A DNA stretch of 64,000 nucleotides from Azolla caroliniana (lineage: Eukaryota > Plantae > Polypodiophyta): positions 19,158,001 through 19,222,000 of the forward strand of contig JBHGNT010000015.1 in the NCBI GenBank assembly GCA_043228905.1. The letters are read 5' to 3'. Numbering within the stretch: position 1 is the first letter of the stretch; the number at the start of each line of letters is the position of its first letter. The translations under genes were made by a program, and so were the position numbers. Shown in pieces: positions 48,961 to 61,699 of the stretch. Under the pieces are notes generated by a model. The model ran no database searches, was not told the DNA's origin, and saw only the letters and a list, made by a program, of their open reading frames with translations.

Positions 48961-51900
48961 TTTGTCTTAATTAAACAACCCCATGCCACTTTAGTCGATG
49001 CCATTTCATTGTCTCTACCCGACCACAAGAAGCCTCTCACCATTGCCTTAATATTTTTTATGCAGGCTTTGTCTAACATCCAACATGCCATTGAATGCCA
49101 CATGGTGGCCAGCAAAATATGGTTCACCACCACAACCCTACCAGCAAGGGAGAGCTTTACTGATGCCCACATGCGAAGCTTTTTTCTAATTTTGTCTTTG
49201 ACCTGCTCAAGCTGCTGATTTTTAGGTGTTTCAACTCCCACCAAGAAGCCCAAATACTTAACAGCCATGCCATTGGGGACCCATTGAAAATCAATGTTAG
49301 GACACCATAACGGTCGTGGGTTTGAACTTACCCAGAATCCTCTACTTTTGTTCAAGTTAATTTTCCCCCCTGACGCATTGCAAAACCACTCAATCCGTCC
49401 TTCAGCCTTCTGTAAATTATCATCATTCCCTTGCAAGTAAAGCATAGTGTCATCTGCATACTCAGAGTCCAGCAACTCCTTACTCGCATGTGGAATAACT
49501 AAACCCCTTATTCCTGGATCTGATTTGTTAAAAAAGAAAGAGAATGCCTTTGTAATAAATAAAAAAAGATAGGGGGCTAGCGGGCACCCCTGTCTAACAG
49601 ACCTGCGTAATGGAATCGATGGGCCACAATGCCCTGTCACTAACACCCTACCCGAACTTCCTTTGTAAAGGGCTAGCACAGTCGATCACTATTTTAAAGG
49701 TAAACCCAACCTTTCCATGACTTTATCTAAAAAAGGCCATTGAACTCTATCGTATGCCTTCTCAAAGTCAAGCATGAGACAGACAATGTGTTGATTGGTT
49801 TTCTTTGCCAAGGCAATCGCCTCCCAAAATGTCAACACATTGTCAATTATGCATCTGTTTTCCATGAACCCTGTTTGTCCAACATGGATTAGTTCTTGCA
49901 GGTAGGGTTTTACCCTCTTGGCTAGTATATTAACAAATATCTTATATATTGTGTTGAGGAACGTGATTGGTCTCCATTGCCTTGCATCAGTTGTTACATT
50001 TTGTACCTTAGGAATTAGAAATATCATCCCCTCTTAAAATTGCTTAGGTAAGTACCCAACATCCCATGCCTCTTTTAGCCAATCAACCAAATCTGCCTTG
50101 ATCACGTCCCAAAAATTTTCAAAAAAATCTCTTGATAATCCATCAGAGCCTAGATAGGACGTTCTACAAATACCTGCCAAAGCATCAACCACCTCCTCCT
50201 CCAAGAGAGGCCTCGCCAAATTAGCTTGTGCCGCATCTGAATTTTTGTGTTGCATTCCCTCTAGCACATATTCTATCATAGCAGGTTGTTTGGGGCTATT
50301 GTAACTATCCGAAAGCAACTCATGATAGTGTGAGGTGACCGCCTCCAAGATCTCGGAAATATCCTCCGACATAGAGCCATCTTCCTTAACCAGCTTCGGA
50401 TTGTAGCTATAGTTTGTTCTAGGTTGTTTATGCATGAAAAATTGTTTATTCACCTTATCCCCATTTTTGCTCCATCATGCCGCTGAACTCCTAAATAACA
50501 TCGTATTTCTGGATGCAATCAAGCATTGCAATGTTTCTCTCGCGGCCTCGAGGCTTGCCCTAGACCATTGGCATTGGGGATCTTTCTGTAGAAGCCTTTG
50601 GGCAGCCGCTATTGATCTCCTTAAACACATTTCTTCCTCCTTAGACCTCACAATTCTAATTTTCGTCACCCTATGGAGATAAGTTGACGTTTTGATAATC
50701 TTGCCTCGAAGTTTATCAAGTGCGCCACACCCAGCCGAATTGCTTTCCCATATACACCTTATGTTTCTACTCACCTCCACATCCTCAAAAAGTTTTTTGT
50801 TGATCCTCACATTGTAGTCCCTTGCTGGTCTCCTCTGCATTTCTAGCGTTATCTTAACCAGCATATGATCGGAGTAGGTTGAACCTGCAATGATTTCAAC
50901 ATTGGTTCCAAATTTTTCTAGTTCCGGACTAATGTATATTCTGTCTGTGCGAGACATGCAAAAGTCATGCATACTACAGCCTGCACTTGAAAAACTTAGC
51001 GAACGTCGAGGCTTTTTTATTACATGCCAGACATCTTTCACCCCCATTTGACCCATCAACAAATCCCACACAACTAGCTTAGCCCCATGTACCACCATTG
51101 GCATACCCCCCCCCCCCCCCCCACTTTGTCCTCTTTGTACAAAGTCATGTTAAAATCCCCAGCAAGGATCCATGCATCTGCCATCGGCAGACCATTGACC
51201 AATTGCCTCCAAATTGGTGCAAAGTTTGCAACCCGGACTAGAATTGTGGAAGATGCTCCTTAGGAATAGAGTTGACCTTTGGTGTCCCAAGAATGGTGGT
51301 CCTTGACAGGCAAATACATGGTGGTTGTTCAGTCCAACTCTAAAGTTGAAAGAACCGGCTAGCATGGAGGATAGGGTGGTTCGCGCCATAATGAAGGCAT
51401 GGTCAAGTTTAAGAGAAGGGTTGGTCTTAATGCAACTGAAAACACTGGATGAATAGCTACGACAACCGTTGTTTTGGAACCCTAGGATTAGAAGTGAAGA
51501 TGGTATGATGCTTGGACAACAAAAGCACTTGCCGTGGGGGAGGATGCTAGGGTACAAGATTCGTCAATACACGATTGGGAAGTCTTCAACATGAAGAGGC
51601 AGGCGGGTCAGGCTGTTAATTATAGGATTACTGGAAGACTAGAGAAGGTAACCCAACTGATAGATGGGGTTGTTGACGGATTCGATAAGTTGACTACGGA
51701 AGAGACAATTTGGTCATGTTGGTTTGTAGGTGAGGGTGATGCACAACTTATCTGTGGTAGGTGCTCAACTAGCGGGGATCGTTTCTGGGGTAACCTAAGT
51801 TCTTTGACAGCGGATGGTAGGTGGATGGCAGTGCGGGTAAGTGGTGGCAATTGAACCCAGACCCTAAGACACTGGATCATGATTGTAAAATATGGCTTTA

Positions 51901-53095
51901 CGATAACAAGCCCTTATATGATTTGGAGTGGGATCCATTGGAGGTTTGGTGGTAGACACCAGGAACAAAAAACTTGAAAAAGGTTTTTGAATACAATACC
52001 AAGCTAGGAAGATGAATCATTGGCTCCAAAACCGTGGGTGCTAGAATGATTCGCAACAGCTGGAAGGATAAAGGCATTTCAGACGACGATTTGAAGTCAT
52101 TTTGGAGGAGACTATGGGCATTGGATATGCCATAAAAAATTAAGGTTTGGTTGTGGCTTCTTAGCCACAAGGCAGTACCTGTAGGCGAGTGGTTGAGCTC
52201 CCGTGGTGGTGAGGCTAGTTGTAAGTTATGTGGGCATGCTTTGGAATCAATCTCTCATTGTTTTTGGAATTGTACAAAGGTGATTAGCATTTGGAGTAGA
52301 AGCCTTCGAATCGTGGCAGCCTGTGGTGTGAAAGGGAACGTTGTGTGGGGCTCAATACAAGGATTATCCCTAAAAGGGTAAAGCTACAGTGAATGGTTAA
52401 ACCCACAAGGACATGGATTTATAGCGCAGGTTGGTAGCGCGTTCCAATGTGATGGGGTGAGACCAGGCACAAATTCTGAATTTTTTGAGGAGATTTGGCT
52501 TATGTTGGCGTGTTTGATGGCCTGGCACATCTGGATCAGGCGTTGTAAGTTTGTTTTTCAGCAGCAAAAGCTCTCATGCGGAGAGATGATGTTAAATATC
52601 TGGTTTGATCTCGTGGCTTGGTTGCGCAGTCGGTATGATTCGATTCAAGGGGATTCGGAAGAAGCAGAAAGGGCAAGGTCCAAGTTCTTGCTGAAATGGA
52701 GTAGCTCTCCCATGCTAGTCAAATCTTCATTGAGGCCTAAGTGGAATTACAAAGCACCTAGGTGGATGTTTCCACCAATGGCTCCCAATATTGTACATGG
52801 GTTGTAATTATGTATGTATAGCTGACACAAACGTGCGTTAGTATAGTCATGTTACCCGGATAATGTTGTTAGAAAAGAGTTAGTTGGGAGCTGTAGAGTT
52901 GGGGTAAAATAGGGTTTATTTCAATTTTGCTTAAGGATCGGTCGAGTTTTTTTGTTGTTTTTGTTTGATAGTTTTGGAATTGTTTCTCCAAGTTGTATAT
53001 GTTGATCCCATTGTGGATTTGGACAAACTTTGTTGTATTCTATTTGCTAACTAATGCGAAGTAGTGGTTTTTTTTTGGGGGGGGGGGGGGGGGGG
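48961..53095. mobile_element. L1-like LINE (ORF2 remnant) with an inverted 5' segment and 16-bp TSD
   Basis: Minus strand, ~51213 to 48961: endonuclease (WILAGDFN, SRTDRIY, SDHM) and RT (QWRPITFLN, LDFEKAYDRV, RQGCPLAP, YADD, YLG, KVAW). Plus strand, ~51215-52807: the ORF2 C-terminus with a zf-RVT-like knuckle (CKLCGHALESISHCFWNC). AACACTCAACATTTTC occurs at 48945-48960 and 53096-53111. Confidence 0.92.
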
Positions 53096-53864
53096 AACAC
53101 TCAACATTTTCATTTATTTACCTTGAGGCTCTCCCCTCAATATTACATATGCACAATGTAATCAATATATCCATGAAGCAAATGTCTAGAGACGAGCTTG
53201 TTAGCATGTCCATGACCATTTGGGGTAGAAAACTTGAGGCAATGATGGTTTGGACATAGATCATTATTGAATGGGGTATACGTCTACCATGGCAAAGCTG
53301 CTCAATCACTTCACCTTTGGAATGTCCCTTATGAGCTATTTGGCTTTATAAGCCTCCAAGTGTGAGTTTGGGATAATCTTTTTCACAACCAACGATCCCA
53401 CATCACCTTGATGCATTTACCCTCGAGTATATGTATTTCCAAAGAAACTTTATGCACCTTAATGTTCATGAGAGGAGAACCTTGGATTCCAAAATCTACC
53501 CATGAAAGCAACAACCTAACCATGAGTGTATGATCACCTAAGCCACGAATTTGCGACAAGGAATCCTCGTTAAAGGAGTTAAATTGTTTTATTGGAGCAA
53601 TTTCCCTTTTAACTAGGTCTTACTTACTCTACACTTCCTCGATGTTTGAAGATAAAACACCATTCTTTCTATATAGACAACATGGGAAAAATGAACTTCC
53701 ACATGAACCAAAGTAGACATCTAGACTCTCTAAAATCTTGATATGCAATCATCTTATTGACATGGTAGCTTATGAAATTATTAGTGTGCTTACTTTGGTA
53801 TTAGGGATATGTGGAACCTAGATATAGTTAGTCTACAACACTCTCCCTCTTTGTGCATATGCAA

Positions 53865-54280
53865 AGACTTGTTTCACACTTGTTTGTTGCCTAAAAGCAT
53901 GTGGTAGCATTAGAGCTACATTAATAGGCAATGAAACTCACAAGGACATTGTACAAAAAGCCATTGTAAGAGATTATTTCATTGGCAATACATTGGTAGA
54001 TATGTATGCGAAATGTGGGTCACTTGCCGAGGCACATGTAGTATTTAACACGCTTTCAATTCAGGAACAAGTCCCTTGGAATGCACTGATTGTAGGATAT
54101 GCTGAGAACGGGAAATTTGAGGAAGTGCTCAATCAATTTCATCAAACAAAGGATCCATGCCTAGCCATTGTCTTACACAAGACGAGCTTGGGAAGGATAG
54201 TCACTTCCATTCCATCTATTTTGTATTGTGTAGCCGATATGCCTTTTAAAAACTAATGGAAGGATATGTTGTTTAGAAAA
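53865..54280 (+). pseudogene. Truncated PLS-PPR fragment fused to a LINE-like 3' tail (second copy)
   Basis: Reads CCLKACGSIRA...GNTLVDMYAKCGSLAEAHVVF...VPWNALIVGYAENGKFEE, then switches abruptly to non-PPR sequence shared with 229-370. Confidence 0.8.
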
Positions 54281-54445
54281 TAAACAAATATATATATTAG
54301 TGTGCATATTTGCACATACAAAATTATTATGTTCTTTGTCAACGCAAAATGTGTTTTGCAAAGGCATCATAAGCCAATGACATATAAAATTTTATTCGTT
54401 GTTATCACTACAAATTGCATACGGATAAAAGAGAAGGGTGTGTTT

Positions 54446-55098
54446 GATCACTCGGTTGATAGGTGGACGGAAGCCTTCAATGCTTATAGTTGGTGCTATG
54501 TATGCACGAGAGGCAAAATCGTCAAGATCCGTTTTGAGAGAGACTTGATGTCCGCCTCCCCTAGGTTCCTGGAAATTTGGAGGTTGATCGCATACTTCAC
54601 CTTCTGGTATGTCTGGAAAGCATGATGCCTGAAGGTTTTCCAAGCTCTAGTACAGACCCAGAGGAAGTGATCATGGATATATGGTTCGTGCTTATCAACT
54701 GCCTACGAGGGCAATTGGACGAGGTTTGCAACCACTCCATTGATGTGGTCACTGCCTGTTTGTGCTTTTGGCAGAAATGGCAGAACACGCCTATGGTGAC
54801 GCTAGGAGGAAGTGGCCTGAGGTGGAACTACCAGCCCCCACGTTGGTTGTTTCCTTCTCACATGCCACCCTCCCTTCGTTGTAGGCCCCAGGGGTCGGCT
54901 CATACTGACTGACACTAAAGGCCACCGCTTTTAGCTAGAGGTATCTACTTACTTTAGGTAGTCAGTTTGAAAGGCTATGTAAGTAGTCTCATTTTCTTGA
55001 TCTTGATCGAAGGGAGATTCCCTGTTTTGTGCGTAAGCCTCCTTGTAATAATCCTTCCTAACTAATGGGAAAGTAACTTCATTTTGAAAAAAAAAAAA
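54446..55098 (+). mobile_element. 5'-truncated L1-like LINE (ORF2 C-terminus + 3'UTR + poly(A))
   Basis: EIWRLIAYFTFWYVWKA and DIWF...LRGQ...RWNYQPPRWLFP are homologous to the ORF at 52457-52807. Poly(A) at 55087-55100. Flanks AAGGGTGTGTTT (54434-54445) and AAGGGAGTGTTT (55099-55110). Absent from the paralogous site near 58880. Confidence 0.85.
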
Positions 55099-58000
55099 AA
55101 GGGAGTGTTTTTGTTTTCACTTTCTATATTGTGGAATATGTGGTAGGTTCAGTGTTGTAAAGCCATTTTAATTATTTTTGTGTGTAATTTCAAACTCAAG
55201 ATGAACGCAACATCAAACCCATTTCCCAACACTCAATCAACTTACTTAAGCTTTTGTAAAGAACAAATTTTACCATCACAACATGTTTGTTTGTAATGTA
55301 TATTCAGATCATTGAATATCAATAGAGTAACTAATGAATCCAAAGGAAGACACATAGAAGCAAAGCCATTCACATTGTGCTTTCGCAATGGTAATGTCAT
55401 GATATTTTGGCACTTTTGGAAGAGTGCTATCAAAGGTGGCCAAAATCATTGAGAAACGTGAAGTTGTCACCATCATGATAATTACAATTACAATCAGCAT
55501 ACACAAATTCACTCTCAAGCATATGATTTCGTGACAAAGAGGTCAATTGACACTATCACTAGGTTCAAATATGATCTTGTAGTGTACTATATTATAAGCA
55601 TTTATAGTTTGGACGGAAACCAAGGGTTTATTAGTACAACCCTTTGAAAAGGAGGTGGATCGCTTTCAATAATATTGTGGAAAATATTATCATTGAGTTG
55701 TTGTGGAAAATGTTGTCATAAAAGTCAACATTGTATGGCCATAATTTCACACTAAACTTACAAAGAGTTTTTTATAGCTGGCACAAACAATAAATATAAT
55801 GTTGACTTGGTCTCTAACCAACAGTCTAAACAAACTATAGTGAAACACAATTTGACTGCTCGAAACTTGAAAATTATATGAAAGCATGGACTTCTAATAA
55901 CGTAATACTTATCATCTAATGAAGCAAGTGGACCATCTAGTCAAAAAATAAAACTAGCGAATTAAGCTCATAATTAGTCGATCATGATTTGCTTGGTTTG
56001 CATGGTTACAAGCAATTTATTAATTATATATCATAATTAGAAAAAAGAACATTCTTAATGATAGTGAAGTAATCTTCTTTGCCTTACGTGTATACTTTAA
56101 AAGGGTTTATTATGTTCTTTGTGTTAAATTTTCATGTAATTAACAACCTTGACTTTAATCGCTAAGTAAACATATATATAGATAAATTTTAAAATAACCA
56201 AGCATAGTGTTTTGACATATGATGCCTACACATATAGTTTAACGATGTTTCACAATGCAAATATTTGTTACATACTTCATTGTAATGCAATGTAGGTAGA
56301 GGATGGGACCTAAGAGGGCTTCACTCTAGCGTTGCTCAAATAAGAGTTCAACTTTGCTCATCTAGTTGATGAGCATGTTTGAGCTTGGGGGCATCAAATT
56401 GGAGAAGAGACCATATTTGGCCCTACCCTCCTTTGTTGTAATTGTGCAGTTAATTGCATCAGATTATATTCAACTAATGCTTACATGTCTAACCACTTGA
56501 TTGTACTCTTTTCTATTATTGTTGGATAAAATAGGGGGCTTTTACCAACACAAGCTCAAGCTCAAGGGTGATGCAACACCTAAGGGATTGGGTGAACCCC
56601 AACTTTGTTGCATACATAAAGGAGGAGACCAATAGGCTCCTCCCTATTGGTTTTATTTAGCTCATAAAAAAACTCACATGGCTTAGTCCCATTGTGGTTA
56701 AGCACCCTTAATCTAACTCATCATTGTTTTGAGAGATGATGTATGTAGCCTTGATATGGAGAGGAAATGATTTAATTAATGAGTACTCTCATATACACTA
56801 AACTTAATTTCATCCAATCCTCAATTGTTCTTAGATTTTAGAGATCCTGCATTTTTTGCATTTGCTAGATCAATGTTTGAAATTGCAAAATGGCACTTCC
56901 ATCAGTAGGCAATGCAACAACTAGTATTTGACAAAAGTAGCTAGCAAAGGAAAAAACAAGTCCATGTCTATATACTCTAGTAACATAGATGCAATTTTTT
57001 TGTATATTGTTAAGTCTACAATCAACCATTTGTGAATTTGTTGCCCCTCCTTTTGCACAAATTGTCCATCTATTGAAACTAATTAAGTGTTCATCCAGAA
57101 TAGTTACACCCTCGTAGGTTTCTATATCATCAATGTTATTGAGGTTAAGATTACTATAATACGTGCATGAAGCCACAAGATCTAGTCAACATCAATATAT
57201 GAGAATAGTTCCATGTGATTATCCCACATTGTCGCGAAGAATCGCGCGTGCTTGTTGTTCAAGTGGGATCATGGGGATCTTGAACTAGGGAGTAGGTAAA
57301 AGGGAGTGGTTTTGCCTTGCTTGACTTCACAAGCCTAACACCCATCTCCCAACCCCCATAGGAGCAAGTGGCTGCCCTCTCCCTTTTATAGTGAAAGCAA
57401 GGGAGAGGGCGTGATCTTTACATTTAATGAAAAATATTTTGAATAATGGCCTTTAATCAAGCCATTGAAGATGTGGTGGTTTTGGAGCCATGTCTAGCAA
57501 TGGGCACAGTTTCAACTCGAACCGAACCGAACCGTTAAACCATGGTTTAATGGTTCCAAAAACTTTTATAAACTCATGTGCTTTCACACCCCCATACATT
57601 CTTTTCTCCCTTACTCTTTATCCCCCACATGTGCACCTCTCTCTCTCTCTGTCTCTGTCTCTGTCTCTCTGTCTCTCTCCTACTTTTATTCCCTTTCATG
57701 CACTCTTCTTTGTTCTTTGTTCCCACACTTTAGCCCACATTTACACACCCGCACTTTGTTTCCATTCCACATGAACTTCACACCGTTGTCGCACAACTTC
57801 ACGAAAACATTCAATTATTTTCAACCACTATGGCATATCTACATGAATAATGTGACTCAACAATGAACCGTCAAATTAATGACATATGGATAATCAGACA
57901 AATCTCCCCCCCTTCTTTCAATCCCTCTATGTGCCCCGCCACTAAAGGATACATGTGGTGAAGAATATAAGTATGTTTGTCTTTGTTTGTCCATCTCCAT

Positions 58001-58164
58001 CATGCAAGAATCTACATGGAAAGTTAGTCATATTTTATACTAAATGATTCATATGGATATATATTTTATTCTCTTCTATTCTCTCTTCTTCTTCTTCTTC
58101 TTCTTCTTTTGTGTTGAAAACACACAATTATAATAATAAATGAGTGTGACAAAACACTACTTGA

Positions 58165-60600
58165 AGGATATACATCTTTTTCAAGTTTGTAAAGAAATTC
58201 AAACCATCTAAGAATATCTTGTTTCAATTGCCATCAAATGCAAAATCCTAGTGTCACTAGGGTTTGAAATACTACTCTTAGGTAGTGAGAGTAGTGGAAG
58301 GCTTGATACTTCAATTAAACCTGCCCCTTGTGAGTTTGGAATACTCTTTTTTACAACCAACAATCCCACATCACCTTGATGCATTTACGCTCGGGTATAC
58401 TTATTTCCAAATAAATTGTATGCACCTTAATGCTCACAAGGGAAACACCTTGGATTCTATGATCTAGCCATGAAAACGACAACCTAAGCATGAATGTATG
58501 ATCACCTAAGCCATGAATTTGAGACAAGGAATCCTCATTAAAGATGTCCAATTGCTCTATCGGGGCAATTTTCCATTTAACTAGGTTTTATATACTCTAC
58601 GCTTCTTAGATGTTTGAAGATAAAACAACATTCTTTTTATATAGACAACGTGGGAAAAACGAACTTCCATATGAAACCAAAGTAGACATCTAGCCTCTCT
58701 AAAAGCTCGACATGTAATCATCGTATTGACACACTAGCTTATGAAAATTATTAATGTGCATTTATTGGTTGATATGGAACTTGTGTTCTTGATTAATTCG
58801 ATATGTGCTTTAGAAAGGTATCATAAACCAATGACATACGGAATTTTATTCTTTGTTATCACTACAGATTCCATAAGGATGAAGGGGAGGGTTTATGTTT
58901 TCATTTTCTATATTATGGAATATATGGCAGGTTTAGTGTTGTAAAGCCATTTTAATTATTTTTATGTGTAATTTCAAACCACATGATGAATGCAACATCA
59001 AACCCATTTCCCAACATTCAATCAACTAATTTAAGCTTTAGTAAACAACAAAAAGTACCATCACATCATCATGTTTGTTTGTAATGTTTATTCAAATAAT
59101 CGAATATCAATAGAGTAACTAATGAATCTAGAGCACGATACATCAAGGCAAAGCCATTCACATTATGCCTTCGTTGGCAAAGTCTTGATATTTCGGCACA
59201 TTTGGAAAGAGTGCTATCAAAGGTGATCAAAATCTTTGGGAAGCACGAAGTTGTCATTGTCATGATAATTACAGTTACAATTAGGGATTGGCAACGGTTC
59301 GGTTTAGGCTTAGCCGGTTTGGCCTGATCCAAGCCAAACCGGCTAAGCCTAAACCGTTTACAGGATCTCAAACCTGAGCCGAGCCGGTTCACAAACCGGT
59401 TTAGGCTAAACCGGCTTGTAAACCGGTTTGGAAACCTCCGTCTCTCTCTCTCTCTCCCTACCTCCCTCTCTCTCTCAGATGATCCCTCCCACTCTCTCTC
59501 ACTTCTGTGGTCTCGACTCTCTCTCCCTCTCCCTCTCTCTCCCCTCTATGTAGTTCCTCTCTCTCTCTCACGTCTATGGTCTCGACTCTCCCTCCCTCTC
59601 TCTCTCTCTCCCCTCTATGTAGTTCCTCTCTCTCTCTCTCTCTCCCCTCTGTGTAGTTCCTCTCTCTCTCTCTCTCTCCCCTCTGTGTAGTCTCTCTCTC
59701 TCTCTCTCTCTCTCCCCTCTGTGTAGTCTCTTTGTCTCTCCCCTCTATGTAGTTCCTCTCTCTCTCTCTCTCTCTCTCCTTATATGTTGTCTCCCTCCCT
59801 CTCTCTCTCTCTCTCTCTCTCCTTATATGTTGTCTCCCTCCCTATGTCTCTCTTTCCTCGTCTATGTAGTTCTCCCTCCCTTTCTCTCTCTCTCTTTCCC
59901 CTTGTCTGTTGTCTCTCTCCCCCTCTCTAAAGTTTATAAACGGCTTAAACGGTTTATCCGGCTTAGCCGGCTTGAGCCGGTTTGGCGAGGCTCAAGCCGA
60001 GCCGAGCCGAGCCGCTAAGCCGTTTTCAAGCTGGCTAAGCCAAACGGTTTAGGCTTGAGCCGAGCCATTGCCGATCCCTAGTTACAATAATATCTTTTGT
60101 GCTTAGCATACACAAATTCATTCTCAAGCAAGAACGAGAGAGAGGTCACTTGACACTGCCTGGAGGTTCACAAATGATCTTTTAGTGTAATATTAGTATG
60201 ACCCTTTGAAAAGGAGGTGCATCGTTTTCAATAGTATTGTGGAAAAATGTTTCAAAGTCAATATTGTTGAAAATGTTGTCATCAAAGTCAACATTATATA
60301 GCCATGATTTTGAGATAGTGACATGATTATTGCTAAACTTATTAAGACGTTTTTTTATAGCGGACACAAACAATGTTGACATGCTTGGTTTATAACCAAT
60401 CATATATATAAATTAATGTGACACACTAACCGAGTGCTCAAGACTTGAAAACTACATGAAAGCCTAGGCTCCTAATTGCCGAAGCGTCCATTTGATGAAG
60501 CACGTGGATCATCTAGTCGAAAAATAAAACTAGGGAATTAAGCTCATAATTAGTCAATCAAGTTTTGCTCGGTATGCATGGTTACAAACAATTTGATACA
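58165..60600 (+). repeat. Second copy of a duplicated intergenic block (first copy spread over ~48265-56020)
   Basis: Collinear matches: 58165-58322 to 48265-48421; 58330-58760 to 53362-53790; 58785-58885 to 54330-54430; 58890-59281 to 55105-55495; 60105-60592 to 55497-56018. Confidence 0.85.
59282..60080. mobile_element. Non-autonomous hAT element with perfect 8-bp TSD and internal CT-rich satellite
   Basis: TIRs TAGGGATTGGCAACGGTTCGG / CCGAGCCATTGCCGATCCCTA. TSD GTTACAAT at 59274-59281 and 60081-60088. Subterminal AGCCG/AACCG repeats. Empty site in the paralogous copy at ~55487-55497. Confidence 0.92.
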
Positions 60601-61044
60601 TATGCATATATTATTTTCTCTTCTTTCTCTAAGTAGTTATTGTTGCGCATGTAATAATTCACATGAAAAGAAAAACTCACATTGCTAGCAAAGTAAAGTG
60701 TTCAAAAGTATTGGGCTCTCCAAACTAGAAATGCATGTCGAAATCATTTCATGGTAAGTAATATATGCATGTTTTGGCAAAATGAGACCCCAAGAAATCT
60801 AGAGACCTAATTTTAGAAATGGTTATATGAGTCAATGAGGCACTTATTCCTTCTTTTATTCTGTCACACATCTCTTGATATGAAAATATGATATAAAAAT
60901 CTAGGAGATTACTTGGATATATGCTCATTTCATTGAGTAAAAGTGTCATTCTTATTAAACCCAATAATATTATGTTGTCATGAGGGTATGTTTGTTTGTG
61001 ATCAATGTTTAAATTATAGAAGGTGAGGTGCAAAATTCAACATA

Positions 61045-61256
61045 TGTTTATTTGGTGCCCCATTTGTGTCCCAATTGAGACATAGTCCCAAAATGGACTA
61101 GGACTCACTAGGTATCCCAATCCCAAAGAAGGTGCCACTTTGGGTTGGGACAACCCAATCCAGACGTGTAGCCAACTACCGTCTTTGGCCTATATAAGGA
61201 GGATCATCCCTCATTTGTATCCATTTTCAGTTTCACTATTTTGGTTCTAAGGAGCA
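61045..61256 (+). mobile_element. Small solo LTR (212 bp) with 5-bp TSD
   Basis: TG...CA ends flanked by ACATA at 61040-61044 and 61257-61261. Internal CCTATATAAGG TATA and CATTTGTA. Confidence 0.6.
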
Positions 61257-61699
61257 ACATAACACAGACGAAGGTTTAATGGAAAGCTTCAAAGAACACA
61301 AAGAATATGTGGGAGAGACGGAGAGAGCAGAACACACAAATTTATATTTCAAAAACAATGAACACTTTGTACATACAAATGTGCTTTAGAGCACTTTTTA
61401 TACAAATCCTAAAAAGGACCGACTGAAGTAATGGCAAGTACTTCAATGCTCGTACCGAGTTACTGACACTAACTACTAGAATCATAACGACCTAGTGGAC
61501 TAGGAGCGTAGACTCCATGGACCCGAATACATATATGACTTATGATTGGCCATATGCTCACTAAACTATATGGTGTAGTGACAGAAACATACCTCAACAA
61601 ATATACGAAGACATTAAGTGTTTGAGCACCTGAACTGTTTGGTTTCAGACGAGCCTTTCTATTATTGACCATATCTTCACACTTAAATGCGTAATTGAC

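Noticed and set aside
56280-57560. LTR-like words (ATCCCACATTG) and a lone hAT-like end at ~57496
   Set aside because: No matching second terminus, TSD or convincing coding motif was found.
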